A stretch of DNA of 57,982 nucleotides, counting the filler, from Asterionella formosa (Eukaryota), in NCBI GenBank assembly GCA_002256025.1. It is 5 parts of 5 records of this genome, joined end to end, with 100 filler letters (N's around TTAATTAATTAA, not from the genome) between each part and the next. Parts side by side here need not be neighbours in the genome. Positions count along the whole stretch, not along the records: positions 46,471 to 57,982 come from NKIB01008417.1; 4 more parts are not named here. The stretch is one strand, 5' to 3'. Of the stretch, positions 48,202 through 57,982 are shown in pieces. A program made the translations under genes and the position numbers. The notes beneath the pieces were generated by a model that did not search any database, was not told the DNA's origin, and saw nothing but the letters and a program-made list of their open reading frames with translations. Each line of letters begins with the position of its first letter. The stretch's first letter is position 1.

Positions 48202-49290
48202 ATGTGGTCCTATACAACCATATTTTTCCTTCTATTACCTTTAGTTGTGGCCATGGATATGCTATTCAATCGTTTCCCCATGATTTCAGATGATTCACAT
48301 ATTGTCTCTTTCCCAGAATGTAGCTGTGTCGACTGCATAGAGGACATTGTATGTGGCGGAATCTGGACCGGACAGGAGGTTCGGCAACAGCATTCAAATT
48401 ACGCTGAAGGAAAGAAAATAATCATGGTTATATCTCATTGTCTCAATCATCTAGATTGGGTTGGAAACTTCACAAAAAATATCCACATAGCAGAGACAAT
48501 TATTATATCCAAGTGTGGGGAAGAAGTTATTGGTGCTCCGAGCGGGGCATCAGTTGTTCGGCTTCCTAACGTGGGTCGATGCGATCATACGTACGCCTAT
48601 TTTATAACGACAATTGGTGTAGCAAAAGACTTTGATATAGTAATTTTTATGAAAGATGACAGAAGTGAGGAGAGTATGCACTGTGACGGAGCCTGGAAGT
48701 CATTGGAATCGATGATTCAAATTTCGTCCTCGAACGGTTTCGCTTGTGGGATGAGACCTACGCAGTCGAAAGAAGTTGGATCAACCCTTTCCGCCTATCA
48801 TGTCACAGCGTTGCTAAAATCCTTTTCTATGTCCCAATATAGCAATAAAGAAACACTTTACAGTAGTCTCACTAAGAAAGGAGACTTCATGTCCGAGTTT
48901 AGAAACCTGGGAGAATGGGTATCTTTTGTTGGGGCTATTTTACCAGATAGGCTGGTTCAAGTTTGTTATGGAGGCACATTCATTGCCACAAGAGAGCAAG
49001 TCTATGCCCAAGATCTGAAAATGTGGAAGAATATTGAGATAAGCCTATCTCGTGGCAATAGTATTCAAGAAGGACACTATGCAGAGCGAGTATGGGCTGG
49101 ACTTCTTGCACGGCCATTGACTAAAAATTGGAAGATAAGCGCACTCTTAAACCACAGTCATGGCATTGCTAACATTTCTGTTGCTTATATGGGGACACTC
49201 CTTCACTCTACTGGTCCACCTGAAGACGCTTGGAAACACGCCTTTATAAATTTGACACAATTGCATTTATATTGGTCATCACTTCTTTGA
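48202..49290 (+). CDS. Signal-anchored DUF3431-like protein (possible glycosyltransferase-like fold)
   Basis: N-terminal hydrophobic segment; MVISHC..LDW, LPNVGRCDHTYAYFI, IVIFMKD, VCYGGTF, EGHYAERVWAGLL; intronless. Confidence 0.7.
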   Translation: MWSYTTIFFLLLPLVVAMDMLFNRFPMISDDSHIVSFPECSCVDCIEDIVCGGIWTGQEVRQQHSNYAEGKKIIMVISHCLNHLDWVGNFTKNIHIAETIIISKCGEEVIGAPSGASVVRLPNVGRCDHTYAYFITTIGVAKDFDIVIFMKDDRSEESMHCDGAWKSLESMIQISSSNGFACGMRPTQSKEVGSTLSAYHVTALLKSFSMSQYSNKETLYSSLTKKGDFMSEFRNLGEWVSFVGAILPDRLVQVCYGGTFIATREQVYAQDLKMWKNIEISLSRGNSIQEGHYAERVWAGLLARPLTKNWKISALLNHSHGIANISVAYMGTLLHSTGPPEDAWKHAFINLTQLHLYWSSLL

Positions 49291-50878
49291 TTTGTTTCAT
49301 GACAGTGTTAAGTTGATCAGAGAATCTATCTACGTGAAGACCTGAGACAACAAGTACTCTTACAACATAATTTTCATTTCATTTGTAGATAAAATTCCTG
49401 TTAGATCCATCCAGCTAACAGAAAAAGAGTAGAGATTGTTGGAACTGTAAATCCTTGATAGTACCAGATAAAACAGAAATAATATGTTTTTTAGTCCACA
49501 TAATTTTGTCACCATATCCAAATGTAGTAATCAGAAGAAACTAAGCTATTACTACCATCACAGCAATCCTACTAGCACCATGGAGGACAATGTTTATTTA
49601 CAGCTAAACCATAAACTGAGTCCATTTCAGTAACACTGCCACTAAAACTTATACAACATGCTAAAAGGAGATGAAAGAACCACAGGAATTTACAAGAAAT
49701 TCATGGAGATTGACCAAGATGACCAAAATCCTCCCAACAGCATCATTAAATTGAGTAACAGACTGTTTCCATTACACCGTACCCATAAAGCACTTGCTTC
49801 TACCATGGAAGGAAAAGCCATGCAAGTGTTTCCTTTCAAGAATTATACTGACAGCTTAAAATATTCAGAGCTGGGCAGATCTTCAAAATGTAAAAACATT
49901 TTGGCATATGATAAAGTGCTTGTTACTACCAGGTTCCAATGATGTCTCCGGCAATAGCAACAGAGTTATACCAATTCTGGAAAGAATGGCTACCCAAAAC
50001 CTCAGAAACCACACCAAGATTATATACTAACAGAATGCGGAAGGGAAACACCTATGCCTTGTGAAATGAAAATGTCTTTGTCTTTAGGAGGGAACTATTT
50101 AAATGTATGGGATAATTTTGCAGATGAGAAACATGCAATACAATTGTCCATACCATTCAAATTCATCTTTCTCATGGCTGGAGATTAGTCCATGGAGGAG
50201 CTTTGGATAATAGTTTAAAAAATGGTGCTCTACAGATTCATTTCTATTTGTCCCCAGCTATAAAGCAAAGAATTGGACACACTGTTGCTAAACTGAACTG
50301 ACAAGATAACAACATACACACTGATGGATCAATATGTGTTCATAACCAGAAATTTTCGTCATTCGTATTGCAACATGACGGAACACAGTTATCTAATTTA
50401 TAATCTAGTTTCACAATTTAAATAATTAAATTTTTATATAATGTTTTCTTTCATTTGTATTTATTTAGTGAAACTTTTGAATGGTCTCCAGTTCCTATCG
50501 CCAAGCTCCATATCTTCTTCTTCATAGTCAAGTAGGCTCACAGAATTTGCTTCCTTGGATGGGCCTGAAGGTAAGGGATGAACAAGTGAACATTTATTAC
50601 GATCTTGACTGTAAATATCCCAGTCAATCCTAGTCATCAGTCCTTAACTCCGGAAAAAGAAAATATTCTTGTCTACCATTGATGTTAGAAATACCCTTGC
50701 TGCTTGATACATGCTCCATTTCGATTGCATTCTGCTTCTCAATATCAACAAGAAGCTCCATGCTGTAAAACCTCAGTGTTTCATCATTCCAGCTAAAAGT
50801 CAAACCATTGATTCGGCTTGAACTGTTTACATTAAGGTTATTGCGACCCTTCGCAAACCCACCAACCACAACAATGTC

Positions 50879-51111
50879 CGCATAGGTACCGGCATTAAGA
50901 AAATGTTCGGGAATATCAGTATCTTCACAAAGAAACAAAGCTTTCAGGGTATTGTTTAATATAAATTTTCCACTTATACTCAGGAAAATGTAGCATCGCA
51001 TAGGTACCGGCATTAAGAAAATGTTTGGGAATATCAGTATCTTCACAAAGAAACAAAGCTTTCAGGGTATTGTTTAATATAAATTTTCCACTTATACTCA
51101 GGAAAGTGTAG
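50879..51111. repeat. 118-bp tandem duplication
   Basis: cgcataggtaccggcattaag at 50879 and 50997. Confidence 0.95.
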
Positions 51112-52208
51112 GCCTCTGTGCTGCCATGAATTGAATCACCAACATGTGTGCCATGCAAGACACTTTCCTTGCTTACTAAAATTTTGCTTGTATGATCTAA
51201 CTGGACCCAGTAAAAATTGATCATGAGATTTGATTCCTGTTCGGAAAAACTAATTGGAGCAAGAAGTTGGAGGAACGCACAGTAGTGTTTGGATGAACAA
51301 TCATAGATGTCCAGATGGGCAAATTGGTACAGAAATATAGTCCAAACAATAAAATCGGATTGACTTTTCCATCAAAGCAACGTCTGCAAATAAAAGCCAT
51401 TATATTCCTATGATGTATCATAGGATTATGATAATCTGATCATAATTTTTCGTTATATCATCTAATAATTTTGATAAATGCCCTCGTAATTTAAATCGCA
51501 ACCCTTTTGACTATGGAAATCTAATTATTATATGTATTGTTTCTTTTAGGTTCCTTTATTTAAATTTCTTGGTAGGATAATGTACCAGTTAAAGTAATGT
51601 GGTTTGGCTCATCATCCTCGCCAGTCCTCACTTTGATTTTTGCAACAACGACAAAGCAGCCATGTCGAGAGGAATGAGTGTTTGTGATAAAATCTTCATT
51701 TGTCGTTCAAGTCATCATATGTCTTCGATGAATCATCATCTACACTGCACAGTATGTTCGTATAAAATCTGTTAAGAGCTTGAAAAGAAATCCAATGAAA
51801 ACGAAATGGCTCATCACACAAGACGAATATTTCAGGCCGGTCTGTCACCAGAGCATCAATCAATGTTACAACCTCAAACATAGCTAAACAGCATTCATTA
51901 AAGAACAGTACAATCTACTTCTCTGTAGTTACATCGTCTCTCAAACAAGAATGTTATACATCTAGAATAGAAAAGCAGCATAGCAGGGGGGGGGGGGGAT
52001 ATGCACAAAGAAGCATGAGACTGTCTAGCTATTTATAGTAACAGAGTGATTCTGGTTTCGTAATTTTCATGTCTCATCAGACTTCCTTTGTCATCGTACT
52101 AGTTCCTTACCTTTGAAGACAGGAGCATATTCTTTGATGTATCTGGAATATTTCAATGGATGGCAGCAGTTGGATTTAGACTCAAACCTCGACAAAAGCA
52201 CTAGTACT

Positions 52209-52570
52209 TTGTAGATACTCATGAAAGCGAGACACTTTGGCCTATCGACCAACAACCAGTCTATACTGCAAAAATGCAAGAAGCAAGCACAAGTTGAATG
52301 CCCATTTATGGATTCAAGTTTCAGTAGTGCAACAATGTAAAATAAAAGAGACCCGAAGTCACATTTCATCAAATTACGGTTTTCATTACCTTGTAGATGT
52401 TCATGAAAAGCGAGACACTTTGCTTGGCCTATCGCCCACCAGCCAGTCTATACTGCAAAAATGCAAGAAGCACAAGTTGAATGCCCATTTATGGATTCAA
52501 GTTTCAGTAGTGCAACAATGTAAAATAAAAGAGACCCGAAGTCACATTTCATCAAATTACGGTTTTCATT
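52209..52570. repeat. ~182-bp tandem duplication
   Basis: ttgtagat..tcatgaaa..gcgagacact...aaattacggttttcatt at 52209 and 52391. Confidence 0.95.
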
Positions 52571-53900
52571 TGCTATACTAGAATTGATTGAGAGGAAGCA
52601 ATGGTAGAATGGCTGCCAAACGGGCAGGGGCAAACACAGAGAATCCTACTAATTTTTCTCCCCAATGATCCCAGACCCTTTTTGAATGTCACTTGCTACA
52701 GAAAATGTAGAACAGCCGCCATGATCTTTTGATTGTTGCTTTATGGTGCCACTGACCGAGACCTCCAGAAATCTCAATGAGTTGCTTGTTTCTTGAATTG
52801 AATGGTGCAAAAGGGATCGAAACCAGTGGAAAAATCAAAAGGGAACTAAAAATGCTCTGCAAACATCATCAGGACAATTGTGAAAGAGAAATGAAGGTTC
52901 TTGGGAGGAGAAGTAAAGGGATAATTGCTTCTAGTCTCCTTGCGGGAACAAGAATGGATTGAACCAAACAATGTTGACAAAAAGGTACCTACTATGGGAA
53001 AAGAAGCATTGCTTTCGGCATCATCAATCTATACACAAGCCTGCGCCACCTGATGTCGTCAATATAGCTACCTCGATATCATCAATGAAGAATTCAATGA
53101 AAGCATGTGAGGAAAATCGGGGTTGAGGTTTTCTTGATGCTAACGTGGACCTGCTTGGCTGAACTCCTTGCAGATGAAGGCATTGAGTAACCTGGGCCTG
53201 TGAAACCAAAGGATAAAGAAAAATCGACGACAAGGGTAGTGAGATAGTGTTTAGTAGGGGGGAGCAAAAGATATAATGGCTGAACGCATTCGAAACTTGT
53301 ATAGACAATAAATGGTGGCATGTCATAGCTGCTCTTGGCTGACAGCTGCTTAGTCAAATACAAACAAAACGAGCAAGGGTGCAAAAAAGACAGTCCAATT
53401 TTAATCGACTGGCTGATACTTAGTTGTGAGATTCACCACTTTGCAATGGGGTGGACTTTGATCATTGCTTTGTTCGAAGCACAATCAATTCGAATTCTGT
53501 TAAGTGAAACAGCCAATAAAAACAATCGTGGCGAGAAAGCGAAGAACAGATCAAAGATTTCATAGAAATTAAAAAAACAAAACCACTGCATATATGATTC
53601 AGTGCTCCTTGTGTAGACTATATTTGATCATTTCCATATTTCATACTATACAGGTGCATGGATGACTCCTCCCGCCCTTTCATTAGAATGCATCGATAAT
53701 TCTACAGGACCTATGGGATTGGTAGTCTATTGGTCATCATTTCCGTATTGTATATACCAGTAGGAGTCATGTATGCATGCATGCTGCGATAATTCTTACA
53801 AGACATAAAAATTTGGTAACTTGGGGGTTATCACTTCCGTACTGTATACAGGGGGAGGTGGGAAGGGGTTGCATGCATGAAGAACTACTCCGGTATAAAC

Positions 53901-54815
53901 TATGATCTTCAATCAATGAATTTAGATTCGTTTATTCTATACCTTTGGTCATAACATATTTATCATATGATGAACGGTGTTGTTGATGAGAAGATGAATG
54001 ATCAACATTTATTTTCAGGCATTAGGATTAATTGATCTTAAAAATATGATCAAACAATCCTAAAGACATGAGCATATTCAGTGTTCCGCTGCACTATTGT
54101 GGTATTTCCATGATAGAAGTAATTACCAGCAAGTATACAATTTTGGTCAATATGTGTATCTACATAAATGTTTGATTGAGACCATTTGAAAATTGGTGAT
54201 GAAACCCATTTATTAAGGGGCTTAATTGAATCAGCCACTGACTTGTAGGTACAAGAATTGACACACAAAAAATTGAAAAATCTCAACAGGTTGTGGAAAA
54301 CTATGAACTCATCATGATTTGTATATATTTGAAATATTTATAATCAAAATTGATATTAGTATGCACAGGATGTGCTGTATAATTAGCGTGTTTAAAACTA
54401 TGCAAATGTTCAAGTATATATACATTTAAACTTCTTACAAATCTTTCTATATATGTATTCATGGCTGAAACATTTGAAATCATGTTTTCATGTCATGGTT
54501 CCTTGTCAGGCATAAACTTTGCTCCTGAAATGAAGGATTAACACAGATGATGACGCGGAAAACGAAAGTGATAATACAGCACAATGATACTTGCGGCTTA
54601 GAAGAGAAGGGCGGAATCAATTGATGGTAAGTCAAGAGCTAATGCCTTTAATGTGACTTGTCATGCATACACTTCCTGAAATAAAGGATCTCAACCAACA
54701 CATGATGCGAAAAACTGAAGTGACAATACAGCAGGATGATATACCATGCTGCTTGAAGGAGTGATTATGATGGAGAAAAGCGGAATCAACAAGCTGTGCA
54801 TAGTATCATGGTTTG
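53901..54815 (+). repeat. ~0.9-kb direct repeat, copy 2, truncated where the Copia fragment begins
   Basis: Aligns to 46499-47403. Confidence 0.92.
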
Positions 54816-55268
54816 TTCTGCGACAACGAGGCGGTGACGAAGAACAAGATCTATCCAGAATCGACTTTAAAAAAGAAACATAATGCGATAGTGTATCACA
54901 GAGCGAGAGAAGCTGTGGCGGCAGGGATGATTCGGGTAACGAAGGAAGATAGAAAGACTAATTTGGCTGATGTGCTGACGAAGCCATTACCCCAAATTAC
55001 ACGAGATTATTTGTTCGACAAGTTCATGTATTGATGGCTGTTGGATCACAGTGGGTCGAAGATTGAAGCCAAGGTTCATTGCGATGTCATAACCTGTGAC
55101 ACCAGTTACCTCCTGGGCACGCAATGACGTGTGGCACCGAATCCAGGTCAATGTTTAGTGATATATTTGTTTGGTTTCACCTCCCATGTATTCGAGGGGA
55201 CTGAACGAATATTGCAGTGCAGTGTGGGCGCATGGGTGCTCGTACCATGTCATATGGTACAGTGTACT
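54816..55268 (+). mobile_element. Inverted partial copy of the Copia 3' end (RNase H C-terminus, 3' UTR, PPT, LTR start)
   Basis: FCDNEAVTKN..LKKKHNAIVYHRAREAVAAG..NLADVLTKPL; reverse complement of 55431-55883 with scattered substitutions. Confidence 0.92.
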
Positions 55269-55430
55269 CGAATAAATACGCTAGTGTGGTCAGCAGAACA
55301 ACTTACATGGTGCACAAGGAAAGAAAGATAAAGTTTGAAAAGATAGACTTAAAGATACATATACCTACTCCGCATTCTCTGCTCCAAGCTTGCACGCTGT
55401 ACTATCGCGAAAGCACTCTAACGGCTAGTT

Positions 55431-57982
55431 AGTACCCTGAACTGTATGACACGGTACGCTCACCCACGCGCCCATACTGCACTGCAATATTCGTTCAGTC
55501 CCCTCGAATACATGGGAGGTGAAACCAAACAAATATATCACTAAACATTGACCTGGATTCGGTGCCACACGTCATTGCATGCCCAGGAGGTAACTGGTGT
55601 CATAGGTTGTGACATCGCGATGAACCTTGGCTTCAATCTTCGACCCACTGTGATCCAACAGCCATCAATACATGAACTTGTCGCACAAATACTCTCGTGT
55701 AATTTGGGGTAATGGCTTCGTCAGCACATCAGCCAAATTAGTCTTTCTATCTTCCTTCGTTACCCGAATCATCCCTGCCGCCACAGCTTCTCTCGCTCTG
55801 TGATACACTATCGCATTATGTTTCTTTTTCAAAGTCGATTCTGGATGAATCGTGTTCTTCGTCACCGCCTCGTTGTCGCAGAAAACGTTAGTTGGTCCAT
55901 CGATTGGGATTCCAAACATTCTCAGCTTATACCTCAATGCCTCGATCAGTTCGACCGAGATCTTCAAAGCCACAAATTCGCTACCAAATGTCGATGTCTC
56001 GACAGTGTTCTGTCGCTTACTGTACCATATAATTGGAGCCCGATTCACAAAAATCAGTATCCCGGTCTGCGAGCGCCTCGTCACCCGATTCCCCGCATGA
56101 TCCGCATTCACAAAACAGTGAGTAGTTACAACATTACCTCTGGGCTTGGGTGCGTCCCCTGGAATAGACTCCTGCGCTCCCCTGTAAAAGTCGTGCCAAT
56201 CGCATTTAACAAACCTGGACTCGTTTATATTGGGTTGTATCGGATCAAAGATCAATGTCCTCTTGGGTTTCGCTTTCAAATATCCGAACATGTGATATAC
56301 CTGTTGTAAGTGTCCGCTCCTCGGCAACGCTAGGTGAGTAGATAACATAGAAACTTCCATAGCAATGTCTATTCGTCCAAGCTCCACTGCCCAGCGGAGC
56401 ACGCCGATCAATTCCTGGTAGTATCTCACGCCTTCAATCTTGAGTTTGGCAGAAGTATCCAGCTCCGGTCTATAATTCCCCTGCAATGGGGTAGTGCACC
56501 TCGTTGGAAGCCGCTAACCCGACTCGTCGAGTTTGAGCTCTACGTTGGCGATGGCCGCCTTGACATACTGCTCAGAAGTCATGGCCCAACATTCAACTCC
56601 GCCGACTATTTTCTGCATTACCTGGGCTCCCAGGTAATTTTCCGGCTTCTCGACTTTATCGTCCTTCCATTTGAAGGTCGACTGTATCCTCGCTAAAGGC
56701 TGCGCTGAAATGCAAAGAATGTCATCAACATATACAAGAATCATTTCGTGATACTCAAAACCATCCTGTTTTACCGCCGGTCGAATCCATACATCAGGGT
56801 CCCCTTTCGTGGGCAAGTAACCCAAATCATGGAGGGTTTATGCGAGATGCGCTCTGAATGCCGCACCGCTAGATTTGAGCCCATACAGCGCTTTCTTCAC
56901 CACCATGGTAGCTCCCGCTTCCGACCCAAATTCCGGCCCTGCAATTATGTAAATTTTCTCTCTGCAATCTGCGGTTAGATAAGCGTTTTGAATATCGCAA
57001 GCAAGAAGTTGTAAGTCGTTCAATGAAGCAACCAATAAGGCAATGCGCACTGAGTCCCTCGACACAACTGACGAATACGTCAGGGCTGCGGGCGTTTCCG
57101 TCCGGCTGCCGTCAGCAACTAGTCTCGCCTTACGCCGAAAGTTTTCGCCCATTTTGATGTCGAACACGAAATGACACCTTATCTTTTGGTACCCTGGCGG
57201 AAGGTCTCCCTCTCGCTTTTCCCACTTTTCAAATGCCGGTCGCACGTTTTTCATTTCCTTGCAGATGGCGTCCCACCATAATGTGTTGCCATTGGCTTTA
57301 TCAATCGCTAACGCCTCTTCGACGGACTTCGGTATCCGTATACCGTATTTGTGAGTTCGCTGCCAATACTTAGACTTTACCTTCGCTAGGACTCGGTCCT
57401 GTTTCTTTAGAAGAGTCGGCACCCACCATGCAAACGCCGCCTCGTCATCAATACGATTAGCAATTGAGTACTCCGCCACCTGTATGGGGTACGATTGCTT
57501 CATATCCTTAAGTGCAACCCAAGTGGTACTCTCATCCCTCCATTAGCACAGGAGTTGCCACCCTTGAGTCGTCTGTCTCCGCCGCTTGACACCGGTAGAC
57601 ATTGTGATGAACGCGTCCTCTTTGTCAAGTGCCGTCGCATTCCGCCTATGATCGATAATGTCGTCGAGAAGTACGTGTCGTTCGCCCTCCTCGTCTATCT
57701 GTGAAAACAAATTCTGAGCAATAAGGTCAGAGGACAATGCCTCTGAGTGTCCATCAAAGAACTCGACCTCATACTCTCTGGTGTCAAGCAAAGGATTTTC
57801 GTGAGCCTTGCCGATAGGTCTACCATCGGCGTCGCGCAATCTCTTGGTGACTCTGCCAAATTGAACACCGTCGTTGTCATCTCCAGCGCCCCTCGCTATC
57901 GCTATCGCTATCTCTTTGTTGAGGTATGTATCCTCGAAAATATCGGGCGTGAAAGTGTCATCGGCATCTGGTATTTGGTGAT
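55431..57982 (-). mobile_element. Ty1/Copia (CoDi-like) pol: RT and RNase H, PPT and start of the 3' LTR; three in-frame nonsense codons
   Basis: RKARLVA, DIQNAYL, KALYGLKSSG, LVYVDD, RRSQTG, ETSTFGSEF, FCDN, NLADVLTK. ORFs ending at 57543, 56838, 56514 and 55665 share one frame. PPT-like GAGGGGAC followed by TG. Confidence 0.95.

Noticed and set aside
46499..54815. Direct repeats as the LTR pair of one retrotransposon
   Set aside because: No TG...CA ends, PBS, PPT or gag-pol between them, and both copies are truncated.
55665..57982. Stop-codon reassignment or readthrough in Copia pol
   Set aside because: The three stops fit single-base nonsense changes, and host genes here end normally in TAA or TAG.

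Overview
Eukaryotic nuclear DNA, most likely a diatom or other stramenopile. This is inferred from short GT-AG introns with CTAAC/CTCAC branch points, CoDi-type Copia elements and a diatom-style type II LRR protein. The window is not one locus. It is five contigs of almost equal, descending length (1-11523, 11624-23139, 23240-34755, 34856-46370, 46471-57982) joined by artificial 100-bp N44-TTAATTAATTAA-N44 linkers. Contig 1 is nested TE debris: a decayed Ulp1/C48-like protease repeat, and a Copia LTR-gag-protease split by a 3.2-kb TIR-bounded insertion. Contig 2 looks like most of one decayed large DNA transposon, with an accessory ORF, a Plavaka-type transposase and a convergent Ulp1-like protease, plus a tRNA-like SINE candidate. 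Contigs 3 and 4 are gene-rich: LRR protein, Nudix CoA pyrophosphatase, COX11, NOVA-like KH protein, KA1/ARM-like protein, MMS19, a double AAA ATPase and a Harbinger transposase. Their intergenic regions carry GGTACC/ACCGGT tracts, a 90-bp MITE-like element and an unidentified ~300-nt structured-RNA candidate. Contig 5 has a DUF3431-like gene between ~0.9-kb direct repeats and a Copia pol whose 3' end is duplicated as a long inverted repeat. All family calls come from motif recognition by eye; no searches were run.
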